51,474 bases of DNA from Chrysochromulina tobinii (GCA_001275005.1 JWZX01003106.1:1-51474); one strand, 5' to 3'; shown: positions 11,719 to 22,353, counted from the stretch's first letter. Numbers and translations are program-made. The notes: generated by a model not told the origin, from the sequence alone.

Positions 11719-12474
11719 TTAGGAGCCTGAATCCTGGTGACTCTCGGTACTAGTTGTACCGCGGGTACGGCCGGTGAGAGAAAGTTGACGGAGCGGAGAT
11801 CCTATCTCGTCAGTCTTTCATTCCAAAAACTAGTCGAGAAAGATAAAACAGGACCACACGGTAAGGGCGCGCGCTCATGCAAGCGCGTCCCCGGGGCGTT
11901 TACATGTAGACTACTGGCAATTTACAGCGCCAGCTGCAGCTGCTTGAAGAGGGGCGTGGACATCCAGCGCTCCACAGGTGTTTAGGTTTGCTCTTGAGGT
12001 TAGCAAGCACCAAGCAGCTAGTTAGTCGAATCAGCTCGAAACTCACGCTTGCTTGTGGGTTCTGAGGGAAGTACCACAGACAAACCGCGTTAATAAATTC
12101 ACATACATGTACTGACAGCATGACTGACCCAGCAATGTGACCCAGCCGCGCGTCGTGCGCTCACGTCACGTGCATCTACTGATCTTCGTGATGCGTGAAT
12201 CGCGGTAGGACGCGATTGACGTCCGGCTCCGCACCTGCGTCTCACAGCACACTCGGGTAGTCTTATGGACTTATCGGATCCCACCAGCGCCACACGCAGG
12301 CTGCTGCCCGGCTCGGCCCGGCGAGGTCTCTCTGTCTCTCTACTCTTGTCGCGTCGAATGACCAGGGTGGCGGCCATGCCACGATCATTTCGTATTCGCA
12401 CAGCGGAGGAACGTAAGAAAGAAAGGAGATCAGAAAGCAACCTCTTGCCCGCTCTCATGGGTGCGGCGAGCTCC

Positions 12475-12661
12475 TGTCACGGGGCATGTGTATGCTCATG
12501 TCACGGGGCATGTGTATGCTCAATGAGCGTGTTCCCTATGTGTACCCTAGGTGTTCCCTAGACTTAGTATGGTTTAGTCAGTAACCACTGTGGGGAATTC
12601 CCTGTGGGGGATTAGTGGGTACGTAGACGTTGAGTTTGGTTGTAGAGTTGAGCCATGGTGC
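12475..12661 (+). repeat. 5' LTR, missing its last 8 bp
   Basis: Identical to 15342-15528 except for 2 substitutions; starts with a 24-bp tandem duplication TGTCACGGGGCATGTGTATGCTCA. Confidence 0.92.
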
Positions 12662-12706
12662 CTCTTGCTCTCTTTCTCGCCGCGTTTGGCCCAGCGTCCA
12701 CGCGAT

Positions 12707-15301
12707 ATGGCTTCTCTTCGGGTTCTTTGGTCGCGCCGATCGACACCGCTACCCGCATCTCCTCCGTCTCCTGCGCAGACGTGCCTCCCCTTTGGGTTTT
12801 CCCCCCGCCCCGTTGTGCGGATTTGTGGACTTTGTCGACCCCTAATGCGACGGGACTCCGGTCTCCTTTTTCGCTTGGCTTTGTCGACGCCCGATGCGGC
12901 ATGTTTCCTTTTCTTCCGGTCTCGTCGCCGCACCATGGCGTTCTCGACAGTCCCTGCCGGTTCGGTGGCGTTCCGTGCTGGTTTCTTCGTTCGCACGACC
13001 TCACCGCCGGGCTCCGCTCGCCTACTGATGCCGCCGTGGCCAGAGGGGCTCGCCATCCCGACCGCCGCTCGTGACGGCCCTACGACCGCCGCCTCGACCG
13101 CCGCCCGTGACGGCCCTACGACCAGTGTCCCTGACATTCCCGGCGCCGCGCCCTCTGCGCCTGCGCCCGCTACTATCGCTCCACCTCCGCCTATACCTAC
13201 ACCTCCGCCGATGCCGCCGACAGTTGGGTCCGGAGGGGCTATCGAGTCCGGAGAGGCTATTTCGCCAGGAGGGGCTCCTATCATGTCAGGAGGGGCCACT
13301 GCCGTGCCAGGAGGGGCTACTTCACAGCAGCCAAACCGATCCAGGGGCGAGCTACGGAAGCTTGTAACCGAGACGACCCAGAGCCCACCGGATGCTGCCG
13401 GAGCTGCTCCTCGCCGTGCTGGTTCCCGAGTTGGATCGTCCGTGCGCTATGGCCCTGTTGCCATGCAGGCCGCGATGAACCTGTTCGCGCTCACCGCCGT
13501 GTCCGCCGCCAACCTGCACGCCCCGATCTCATTCGGCTTTGCCTTTGTTTCCGCCATCTCCCCAGTAGATGAAGCCTTCGACGGCAAACCCCTCGATGAT
13601 CGGCCCGACTCCTGGCTTGTCGATGCAGCCGTTCTTGCTGCTACCTCGGCTACTCTGACCATCACCGCCGACCTGGGCGAGCTGGATGTTCCCAAGTCCT
13701 TCCGCCAGGCCATGCGCAGCCCACAACGTGACTACTGGCGTGAGGCCATCGCTAAGGAGCTTGCCGGACTACTCGCCCTTGAAACGTGGGAGATGGTGCC
13801 CGCTAGCTCGATGCCGCCTGGTGCCAACCTGATGCATTGTCACTACGTGTTCGCAGTCAAGCGTAAGGCGGATGGATCCATCGAGAAGTTCAAGGCAAGG
13901 CTCGTCGCCGACGGTAACACACAGAAGCACGGCGTTGACTTCGACCGGGTGTTCGCAACTGTGGTCAAGACGTCCACGATCCGTCTCGTCCTTCTGCTCG
14001 CTGCGGCTCGGGATTACAATCTCTCTTCTATTGACATCCGACAGGCCTACTTGCAGAGTCTCCTTGACCCCAACGTGCCACTTTACATGCGCCCACCCCC
14101 GGATGTGTTCCCCTTCGACCAGCACGGGAACCCGTTGGTGTGTAAGTTGCGGCGATCCCTTTATGGCCTCAAACAGGCTGGTCGGGAATGGGCTGCCCTC
14201 TTCTCCTCCTTCCTCACGTCGTGGGGCATGACGCAATCGACGATCGACCCCTGCCTCTACGTCTTCCAGACTGCGGGGTCCGTCCTTTGGGTCTGTGTTT
14301 ACGTTGACGACGCCCTCATCGCCGACAACGACCCCGAGCTTCGCGCCCGTTTCGTCACTGATCTCTCTGCCCGCTTTCCCACCGAGGACAAGGGCGAGCT
14401 CAAATGGATCCTGAGCGTGGCGATAACACGAGATCGCCAGGCGCGCACCCTCTCGATGTCGCAGGAGCTGTACGTCGTCGACCTGATCACCAAGTTCGGT
14501 TCATTCCTTGATGCGTCCGTTACACGCACCTTCGACACGCCTATGGAGGAGGGTTTGGTGCTCTCATCTGCGGACCAGCCTGAGATCGGCTCCGAGGCTC
14601 ACGCTGCTATGGCGGCTTCTCGCGATGTTTACATGTCGCTGGTTGGTGGGTACTTGTGGCTCGCGAACATGACCCACTTCCACCTTGCCTACCCGGCCGG
14701 CCAGTTGGCCCGTTTCCTCACCAACCCGGGGTTGCCGCATTTCCGTGCTGCCCTACGCTTGCTCGCCTACCTCAAATCAGTGGGATCTCGACCGCTCGTG
14801 CTCGCCTCCAACAGTGCACGAGGCCTAGACACCTACGTTGACTCGAGTTGGGCAACTCGCTTCTCAGTAAGCGGCTGCTTGATCTTTTACCACGGGTGCT
14901 TGTTCCACTGGTTCTCGAAGATGCAGAAGTCTGTCTCCTTGAGCTCTGCTGAGGCCGAGTACTTCGGAGCGATGATGGCCGCCCGCGATCTAATCTTTGT
15001 GCGAGATCTACTCACCGAGCTTGCTATCCCACTTGAGGGCCCCAGCGTGATGTGGTCGGACTCCAAGTCTGCCGTCGATATGTCTCGTGACCCGGTAGCG
15101 TTCAAGATGACCAAGCATATCCTACGTGCGGCGGAGTTCCTACGCGATCTCGTCGCCCGCCTAGTCATTGAGGTGCGCCACTTATCAGGGCGTGTGATGA
15201 TTGCCGATCTTCTGACTAAGGCTGTTGCCCGGGTCATCTACCACGAGCTACTCCGTCTCTTCGATGCCTACTCTGCCACAGGTGTGGTTTGCCCCGATTA
15301 G
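12707..15301 (+). CDS. Copia pol remnant: Pro-rich linker, reverse transcriptase (RVT_2 type) and RNase H
   Basis: Motifs KFKARLVADG, SIDIRQAYL, LRRSLYGLKQAGREW, YVDD, YVDSSWA, SLSSAEAEY, TKHI and ADLLTK; no stops or frameshifts. Confidence 0.9.
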   Translation: MASLRVLWSRRSTPLPASPPSPAQTCLPFGFSPRPVVRICGLCRPLMRRDSGLLFRLALSTPDAACFLFFRSRRRTMAFSTVPAGSVAFRAGFFVRTTSPPGSARLLMPPWPEGLAIPTAARDGPTTAASTAARDGPTTSVPDIPGAAPSAPAPATIAPPPPIPTPPPMPPTVGSGGAIESGEAISPGGAPIMSGGATAVPGGATSQQPNRSRGELRKLVTETTQSPPDAAGAAPRRAGSRVGSSVRYGPVAMQAAMNLFALTAVSAANLHAPISFGFAFVSAISPVDEAFDGKPLDDRPDSWLVDAAVLAATSATLTITADLGELDVPKSFRQAMRSPQRDYWREAIAKELAGLLALETWEMVPASSMPPGANLMHCHYVFAVKRKADGSIEKFKARLVADGNTQKHGVDFDRVFATVVKTSTIRLVLLLAAARDYNLSSIDIRQAYLQSLLDPNVPLYMRPPPDVFPFDQHGNPLVCKLRRSLYGLKQAGREWAALFSSFLTSWGMTQSTIDPCLYVFQTAGSVLWVCVYVDDALIADNDPELRARFVTDLSARFPTEDKGELKWILSVAITRDRQARTLSMSQELYVVDLITKFGSFLDASVTRTFDTPMEEGLVLSSADQPEIGSEAHAAMAASRDVYMSLVGGYLWLANMTHFHLAYPAGQLARFLTNPGLPHFRAALRLLAYLKSVGSRPLVLASNSARGLDTYVDSSWATRFSVSGCLIFYHGCLFHWFSKMQKSVSLSSAEAEYFGAMMAARDLIFVRDLLTELAIPLEGPSVMWSDSKSAVDMSRDPVAFKMTKHILRAAEFLRDLVARLVIEVRHLSGRVMIADLLTKAVARVIYHELLRLFDAYSATGVVCPD

Positions 15302-15341
15302 TATGTACAGCCGCATGGCTTCCGCCGCGGCCGTGAGGGGC

Positions 15342-15536
15342 TGTCACGGGGCATGTGTATGCTCATGTCACGGGGCATGTGTATGCTCAATGAGCGTGTT
15401 CCCTATGTGTACCCTAGGTGTTCCCTAGACTTAGTATGGTTTAGTCAGTAACCACTGTGGGGAATTCCCTGTGGGGGATTAGTGGGTACGTAGACGTTGC
15501 GTTTGGTTGTGGAGTTGAGCCATGGTGCGCGTGACA
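15342..15536 (+). repeat. 3' LTR (195 bp, TGTCAC…GTGACA)
   Basis: Inverted 6-bp termini with TG…CA; direct repeat of the 5' LTR. Confidence 0.93.
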
Positions 15537-17718
15537 GGGCGGCCGGCCAAAGAACCCCGTTAAAAGCAACCGAAAGGAGGTGCCTCACACTCAGTCCATG
15601 CTTTGCCTCAACGGCACGTAGGAGCGCCGACTGCCCGACGAAGCCGATCCGGTTGAATGCGCAGTTTACGTCGCATCCGGGGCCAGCTCTGGGTAGGGCA
15701 GTCGCCAGCGCTTTCGCGCCGTCGTCTCCCATGTCGACGCCGGCCAAAAGCACGGCGAGTCGCGGGGGCATGCAGCCACTCGCGAGCGCCGTGGCTATTT
15801 CCGCCACGCCCGCGTCGCCAAAAGGATTGAAGGCGATCAGAAGAACCGAAAGGCTCGGGGCGATGCCGCGGCGGAAGACGCTGAAGATCTCTCTGACGCC
15901 GCGTGCACTGAAGCGGCACGACGCTAAATGAACGATTTCGAGCGCCGGCAGCGCTCCGTCTTTGAGCCCGGCCGCGAGCTGCGTGGCGCCTTCATCGTCG
16001 AGCCGCGAGCCGTGCAACTTCAAGCGCTTGAGGCTCAAGCAGTAGTTCAGCGCCTCCGCCAGCCTCGCGGGCGACGACCACGGATCGTCGTTCACGAAGA
16101 TGGACCCCATGTAGTCGAGCTCCACAAGAGCGCCCAGCACATTCCGCGGTGCCGTCCTCTCATACAGCTTAATCACCGCTTGCCGGTCGGCGCCATTGGT
16201 GAATCGGCAGTCCTTGAGGAGATCCACCATCCGCTCTGGCGTCGTCGGAAGCCGCCGCAGCGCGCCGCCGCTCTTGACGCCGCTCTTGTCGGAAGTATCG
16301 ATCACCAGCTTCCACTTCGCCACCTTCAGGTCGAAATTCTTGGCGAGCTCGGAGCTACAACGCTCAAACGTCGTCCAGCCGCGACTGGCGTACGTGCGCG
16401 ATTTGTCAAAGCCAGCGGGCAGCTCATCGGGCAGCTGTGTGAGCAGCACGACCGTTACGGCGGCGTGCGCGTACCAGAGGTCCATCGTGTGCAACAGCAT
16501 GCGTTGGAAGGCTTCCTTCTGTGCCTTGGAGCGGCTCCCCTCGTACGCACGCCGCTCAGCGACCATCTGCACGCCATCCACGGCCGCCTTCATGAGTTCC
16601 TCGTCGCTCAGCGATTCGGACATCGTTCGGAACTCGTCGACCGACATCCATTCAGGCCACAGCGTCGGGTCCTTTTGGTACCCGGAGCCCCAGTCGATGA
16701 AGACGCCCATGTCGGCGAAGCCGTAGTCGCGACATGCGCCGAGCAGTCCACGGCCGCCGCAGTGCTTCTTGAGCCGGTCGCACAGGAGCCGCAGCTGCTT
16801 GCCCTCCCTATCTGGGTGGGCCGCCTCCAGCCAGCAATAGCTGATGGCTACAATGGGGAGAAGATCGTCGACGTTGCGTTTAAAGCGGAAGACACCCGCA
16901 ACCAGTGCGATGAGAGACGTCAAGCCGCCGCCACTTGCGAGAGACTGAAGGTGCTCTGCGAATCCCTTTTGATCCCATCCGCGCCTCGCACCTGCTTCGA
17001 TCTGCCGAAGGCGGGCAGCATCAATGAAGGCCTCGTTCGGCAGGTCCTGCCGCCTCGGCAGCACCCCGCCACTGTCGGCGAGCGTCATGAGCCATGCGAG
17101 GCTGAGGAGCCGCACGTCTCCAGGCTTCACGTGTTCGCCATCGCCCTCGAGAGCAGCCCATATCGACGCATGCTCGCGGTACCGTGCGGCTTCGATTCCA
17201 CCCGCCTTCATTGGTGCCTCACAGAACGCGGCCCCAGCCTCAATGTCCGCGGCTCTCGCACTCGACGACTCCGCGTAATGTGGGGCGGAAGCGAGCTCCG
17301 TGCCAGATTCATTTGCGACTACGGTCATGGCACAGGTTATGGCACGGTGCGTCTCAAAGATGATGCGGGCCACTGGGATCAGGAAGCAAACCCCGACGTA
17401 CACATAGAGCACCATCAGCAAGAGGAGTGGAATGTCGACGAAGACCACCATCAAGAGCACATGAGGGATTGTGCGGCGCCAGCAGCGCCAATGGAGTGGC
17501 AGGCCAATTGCTTCGTCCTGGCTACCGAGCCCCAAGGCAAGAAGGGGAGTGATGACCACGAGAAAAAATGCGACCCACAAAGGAAAGGTTGCACCCGCCC
17601 CCGCGGCGATCAGGGACCACTGCAAAAGATGCAAGACCGCAGGCCCGACGCGTGTAGGATTCTTGCGGTACCTGCCCTTCTCTTGCAGGCGGCTCACCGC
17701 TTTCTTCGTCGTCAGCAT
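15445..17718 (-). CDS. Transmembrane + HET-like domain + leucine-rich-repeat protein; C-terminus interrupted by the copia LTR
   Basis: Hydrophobic N-terminal helices; AISYCW…HPD…QL, FIDW…YQ, MDLWY and Y-x2-RGWTTFE (HET-like pattern); ribonuclease-inhibitor-type LRRs (LKLHGSRLDDEGA, IAFNPFGDAG). The last ~30 codons (15536-15445) are LTR-derived. Confidence 0.75.
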   Translation of the reverse strand: MLTTKKAVSRLQEKGRYRKNPTRVGPAVLHLLQWSLIAAGAGATFPLWVAFFLVVITPLLALGLGSQDEAIGLPLHWRCWRRTIPHVLLMVVFVDIPLLLLMVLYVYVGVCFLIPVARIIFETHRAITCAMTVVANESGTELASAPHYAESSSARAADIEAGAAFCEAPMKAGGIEAARYREHASIWAALEGDGEHVKPGDVRLLSLAWLMTLADSGGVLPRRQDLPNEAFIDAARLRQIEAGARRGWDQKGFAEHLQSLASGGGLTSLIALVAGVFRFKRNVDDLLPIVAISYCWLEAAHPDREGKQLRLLCDRLKKHCGGRGLLGACRDYGFADMGVFIDWGSGYQKDPTLWPEWMSVDEFRTMSESLSDEELMKAAVDGVQMVAERRAYEGSRSKAQKEAFQRMLLHTMDLWYAHAAVTVVLLTQLPDELPAGFDKSRTYASRGWTTFERCSSELAKNFDLKVAKWKLVIDTSDKSGVKSGGALRRLPTTPERMVDLLKDCRFTNGADRQAVIKLYERTAPRNVLGALVELDYMGSIFVNDDPWSSPARLAEALNYCLSLKRLKLHGSRLDDEGATQLAAGLKDGALPALEIVHLASCRFSARGVREIFSVFRRGIAPSLSVLLIAFNPFGDAGVAEIATALASGCMPPRLAVLLAGVDMGDDGAKALATALPRAGPGCDVNCAFNRIGFVGQSALLRAVEAKHGLSVRHLLSVAFNGVLWPAALSRAPWLNSTTKRNVYVPTNPPQGIPHSGY

Positions 17719-18269
17719 CGCACCGATCGAGACGTCGCGCGCTCGACGGCCCCCGCTCGACGGCCTTGCTGTTTTTGGTCCTTTTTGTTTGTCGCAGACA
17801 GCTTTCCACACCGCAGACGGCCGCAGACGGCTGTATCATCAAAATCTGGAAGCACGAGCCGAGGATAACTACACGACTACCCCGACCGCCCCGACCGCCC
17901 CGTTTCGGCGAGTGTAACAAAAACAAATCACAAAAAAAATCGAAAACGCCTATCATAAGTAATTCCTAATCAGGATTCCCGCACGATGTGCCCGAATGCT
18001 CGCTGAACCGTCTAGACGTCTGCACCCGATCTGCGTCGAGACGCCGACCGTTGTGGCGGAAAGGGATCCTCTTCATAGCACATAGGTGACTGCTTGCTGC
18101 ATTGATATCGCGCGTACCCGAACCTGACCCATGACCTGACCAACCACGTCGGCGTACCCGCCTCCTTGACCCGCTCCATCGCGCTTTTTGCGCCACAGCT
18201 CATCTTGCCAATCCAGTGCCGCGGCAAAGGGACACGTCTTCTCTCCTCCACCTGCACCCCTACATGCAC

Positions 18270-19250
18270 AATGGAGAGGTCAAATCCCATGGCACGGGCT
18301 TTATCGAAACCAGCAGGCGCGACCTCACGGGCCCGCGTTTCCTTCGGCGAGACCTACCTTGAAGAGACCATCGATGCCGTCTTCAAGGCGGACTCGAGGG
18401 CAGCCGGGCTGGCCATGTTGCGCCCTTATATCGACGCGAACATGTCCAAACCGAGCGCCGACGCCTTTCAGGAGTCCTGCGGGAAACTCTTCGTGCTCTC
18501 GCGTGTGCACACCTCGATGGCGCCAGAGGTCTCGTTCGCCAAGGTGCAAGAGATCACCGATGCCCTCAGCCGCGCGTGCTCCATGGCTAATAACACCGGT
18601 GCGCCGCTCGTCGATGGCCTCAAGCGCTTCGTCGAACAACGGATCCTTCCGAATGGCGCGCTTGATCTGATCACCGAGCAAGGCTTCAGGCTGCCCGCCG
18701 ACGAGGTTGGGGCGCTAATTGGGATCGGTACCGTTGGCCGCACGACGCCCAGCGTCGGCAGGTGATGAGCATCTTGCGCAAGACCTTGGAAGCGGTCGCG
18801 GAGCTACGTACCACATCAGATGCTGCGGTGAGGGGCAGCGAGAGCATAGAGGAGGCTCGGATCCTCCTGAACAACTCGCACGAGCGTCTGATCCGGACCG
18901 TAGAGAGAGTGCTCGACGAGCATGCGACGCGTGCGGACCCAACGCTCGTACTGGGCCATACACTTTTTGTCGCGGTGTCGCGCGTCGCACAGGCGCAAGA
19001 GCAGGAGAACGTCCACCGCCTGCAGAGTAGGAGCTGGCCATCCTTCGACTCTAGAGTCCAGACGTTGTTCGCAGACGCGGAGGCGAGGGAAAAATCGGCG
19101 GTGAAGGCGGAGGCAAAGGCGAAGGTGAAGGTGGCAGAGGAAGTGGCGATGGCGACGGCTGCGGCTGCGGCTGCGGCTGCGGCTGCGACTGCCAAGGAGG
19201 CGGCCAAGGAGGAGGCGGAAGAGGCGAAGAGGAAGCGCTGCAAAGCATGA
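18270..19250 (+). CDS. Hypothetical protein, 2 exons (intron 18706-18761), Ala/Glu/Lys-rich C-terminus
   Basis: GAG|GT…CTAAT…CAG|GTG joins ORFs 18166-18765 and 18762-19250 in phase 0. Confidence 0.6.
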
Positions 19251-19499
19251 ACAGGTACCACCGATCTGCTCCCCTCGCTTGCCTCACTCCTATCCTCACC
19301 TCAAGCCCACCAAGAAGCCCACACAATTTCACTCCCACTGCATGCGCAGGCCGAGGCGGCGGTGGCGAAGGAGGCGGAGACTCAGTACTTGTGTTGACCG
19401 AGGGCAGCCGAGCCGTCCTTTGAAACAGAGTGTGTTGAGCGCCGTGTGGCCGCAACAAACTGATTGACTGACTGATGATACTTTTCGGCAGCGCCGCCG

Positions 19500-19762
19500 T
19501 CCGTACCGGCGAACCCCGGTGTCTTCAACCGTTACAGTACTTTCTTCAAAAACACCGGGGGACCCGGTCGACTCGGCGAGGTGGCCGCGCGTCCCACCGC
19601 AGCTTCCTCACGCACCACGTTGCCAACATCTCCACCGCCATCCAAGCCGCCGACGCCCAAACCGTCCTCAACGCCGCCAGTGCGCGCATGCTCCGCGTCT
19701 CATTTGGGGTCATGTAAGGTGTGTGTATTCTGAGCGGGCAGTAACAGTGCCGTTCTAGCACC
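19500..19762 (+). pseudogene. Degenerate 3' end of a non-LTR retrotransposon (probably RLE-bearing, CRE/R2-like), copy 1
   Basis: Frameshifted KTPGDPVDSAR / RASHRSFLTHHVANISTAIQAADAQTVLNAASARMLRVSFGVM*. This resembles, from memory, the C-terminus after the restriction-like endonuclease of algal non-LTR elements. Confidence 0.5.
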
Positions 19763-19793
19763 GGTTGTCGCGTCTGTCGTGTCAACGTTCACA

Positions 19794-20128
19794 GCGACAC
19801 ACGAGACAGACACGTGAACCACATGAACCACACAAACCGAACCATCTCAATAAACCAACCCCACCCACCAACTCACGCGCCAGACCACACACGAACCCAT
19901 GACTCCACCCGGTATGGCCTCTCGCGGTCGCAACTAGAATACTTCTCGCCGCACCCGCCATGAGCTTCAAGCTCACCATGGGCATGTCGCCCTTCTAAAC
20001 CGCCCCCGTGCTTTTACCCGCCACATGGTGATAATGTGTGAATGTGAATGTGAATGTGTGTCCGTGTGTGATTTAAAACAGGACCACACAATACAGCGGC
20101 GCTCATGTCTGTGTGACTTCTGACACAA
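19794..20128 (+). pseudogene. Degenerate 3' end of a related non-LTR element, copy 2, with a (TGTGAA)n tract
   Basis: THDSTRYGLSRS at 19895-19930, then AMSFKLTMGMSPF* in another frame; flanked by 31-bp direct repeats at 19763-19793 and 20129-20159. Confidence 0.45.
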
Positions 20129-20181
20129 GGTTGTCGCGTCCGACGTGTTAACGTTCACACGTGGGTTTAGATGGCCGCACG

Positions 20182-22080
20182 ATGGCGAGATTAATCAACG
20201 GCCTCGTCGGCCACCAGCCGGTCGCTGCACGACGCCTCTCCCGCTTCCCATGGACCAATTTTGCGACCCGCGCCCTCGCCACCGGCCCAAAGCACCCGCT
20301 CGAGCGCTCTGATATTGTACCCGCCACGCAGCCACTCAAGAAGCGCTCCTTTGAGATTACCGGCGACCCAAAGGTGCCTGATGGCGCACCGGGCTCCTTT
20401 GTTAAGATGACGTGCTCGCGGAGCAACTTCCGCGCCGTCGGTTGGAGCGATGCAGACTTTCGCAAGCCCGTCATCACCGTGGGCGTGCCGTACACCAATG
20501 TGATGCCATGCAACAACAAGTTCATGGATCTCGCAAACGCGGTGTGCGAGGCCATCGAGGCCGAGGGCGGCAAGGCGATGCTCGCGACGACGCCCATCAT
20601 CTCGGACGGGCAGACGCAGGGCACCCTTGGCATGCGCTACTCACTAGTGAGCCGCGAGTACATCGCCGATTGCATCGAGATTATGCACGAGGGCTATGCG
20701 GCTGACGCGATGATCTGCCTGGCGGGCTGTGACAAGTCGGTGCCCGCGGCGCTGATGCCGCTCGCGCGGCTGGACATTGTGGGGCTCACACTCTTCGGTG
20801 GGCCCGCCCTGCCAGGCAAGTGCGCCACGCTCAAAGGGCGCTCCAAGGGCAAGCAACTCGATCCGGGCTCAGTGATGGAGGGCATAGGCGCGTACGGCGC
20901 GGGCTTGATCGACGACGAGGAGCTGTACAAGCTCGAGTGCCACTCGCTGCCGGGCTCGGGCACATGCTCGGCGATGTTTACGGCGTGCACGATGGCCACC
21001 GTCATCGAGGCGCTCGGCATGTGTGTGCCGATGACTTGCTCGCCCGCCGCCGTCACCGAGAAGAACGAGATCAACCCGGTGAAGTTGGCCGACGTGCGTG
21101 CGAGTGTCAAGGCACTCTTTGCGCTCATGCGCGGCGAGGTGACTGCACGCTCGATCCTGACGCGCAAGGCGTTCGAGAACGCGGTCGCCATCGTATACGC
21201 CCTCGGTGGCTCCACGAACGCTGTGCTCCACGTCCTTGCTCTCGCGTGGGAAGCTGGCGTACCGTTCACGATTGAGGACTTTGACGCCATCGGGAAGCGC
21301 GTGCCCTTGATCGGCAACCTGTCGCCGCATGGGCCGCACCACATGGTGGATCTGCATGCCATGGGCGGTGTGCCGCGCGTCTTCCAAATCCTGCTCGACG
21401 CCGGGCTGGTCCATGGAGACGCCCTGACGGTGACGGGCAAGACGTGGGCGCAGAACCTCAAGGAGCTTGCTCTGCCGCCACTGCCAGCAGGCCAGACGGT
21501 GGTGATGCCGCTGAGCGCGCCGCTCTCGGCTGCTGGCAAGCACATCATCGTTCTCAAGGGGAGCCTCGCGCCACCGTCCGCGGTCATGAAGCTGAGCGGC
21601 AAGAGCCTCGCCACGTTTGAGGGTCCTGCCGTATGCTTCGACTCCGAGATGGACGCGTTCACAGCGATCATGGCGGGAAAGATCGTCAAAGGACATTGTT
21701 TGGTCATCAGGTACGAGGGGCCCAAGGGGGCGCCCGGGATGCCCGAGATGCTCTCACCAGGCGCCGCCCTCGTCGGTCAGGGCCTCGGCCCTCACGTGGC
21801 GCTTGTCACCGACGGCCGCTTCTCGGGGGCTTCGCATGGCATCATGATCGGGCACGTGACGCCAGAGGCGCGCGACGGCGGCCCCCTTGCGGTTGTGCGC
21901 GACGGCGACATTGTGCGCATTGACACCAAGGCGCAGACGCTTGATCTCGCGATCTCGACCGAGGAGATCGCCGCGCGCCTGAAGGCGTGGAGCCCGCCGC
22001 CCGAGAAGGCCACCAAGGGAACGCTCGCCAAGTACACCAAGCTCGTGCAGTCCGCTCACCTCGGCGCGTACTGTGCATAA
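20182..22080 (+). CDS. ilvD: Dihydroxy-acid dehydratase (IlvD/Edd family) with N-terminal targeting presequence
   Basis: Motifs PCN, SDG…[40 protein letters not shown] and [11 protein letters not shown]. Confidence 0.93.
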   Translation: MARLINGLVGHQPVAARRLSRFPWTNFATRALATGPKHPLERSDIVPATQPLKKRSFEITGDPKVPDGAPGSFVKMTCSRSNFRAVGWSDADFRKPVITVGVPYTNVMPCNNKFMDLANAVCEAIEAEGGKAMLATTPIISDGQTQGTLGMRYSLVSREYIADCIEIMHEGYAADAMICLAGCDKSVPAALMPLARLDIVGLTLFGGPALPGKCATLKGRSKGKQLDPGSVMEGIGAYGAGLIDDEELYKLECHSLPGSGTCSAMFTACTMATVIEALGMCVPMTCSPAAVTEKNEINPVKLADVRASVKALFALMRGEVTARSILTRKAFENAVAIVYALGGSTNAVLHVLALAWEAGVPFTIEDFDAIGKRVPLIGNLSPHGPHHMVDLHAMGGVPRVFQILLDAGLVHGDALTVTGKTWAQNLKELALPPLPAGQTVVMPLSAPLSAAGKHIIVLKGSLAPPSAVMKLSGKSLATFEGPAVCFDSEMDAFTAIMAGKIVKGHCLVIRYEGPKGAPGMPEMLSPGAALVGQGLGPHVALVTDGRFSGASHGIMIGHVTPEARDGGPLAVVRDGDIVRIDTKAQTLDLAISTEEIAARLKAWSPPPEKATKGTLAKYTKLVQSAHLGAYCA

Positions 22081-22353
22081 GCTGAGCTGGGCAGATGCGA
22101 TCTCGTAGCGATCTCGATGCTCATCGTCTCTCGAGTCTCGAGGGATGGTTAGCCTCGCACGCGGGGCTGCTCATTGTGCTTAGTGAGCCGAGCGGAGCGG
22201 TAGACCAGAGAGAGGGACAGATGAGACGGAGTCAGAGATAGAGTTAGAGACGAGACCTCAGATAGTTATAAAGGGTTCAGCTACAGTAAACTAACAGTAT
22301 ACGATACTTCAAACGTCCAAAATCGGCCAAAATCGGCCTCAACACGAGACGTC

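Larger units (their letters stand above)
12475..15536 (+). mobile_element. Ty1/copia LTR retrotransposon, internally deleted (no gag, protease, integrase core or PBS)
   Basis: Two near-identical LTRs flank an RT/RNase H ORF; short purine tract GAGGGG at 15335-15340. Confidence 0.92.

Noticed and set aside
15928..17868. 646-aa plus-strand ORF
   Set aside because: Antisense shadow of the HET-LRR gene, expected at high GC; no recognisable motifs.
18166..19250. Prokaryote- or virus-like overlapping two-gene operon (TGATG junction)
   Set aside because: A 56-nt GT-AG intron with a CTAAT branch-like motif joins the ORFs in frame as one gene.
19515..19560. Structured ncRNA (CCCCGGTGT…ACACCGGGG stem)
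   Set aside because: Only a 9-bp stem, lying within a degenerate retroelement coding remnant.
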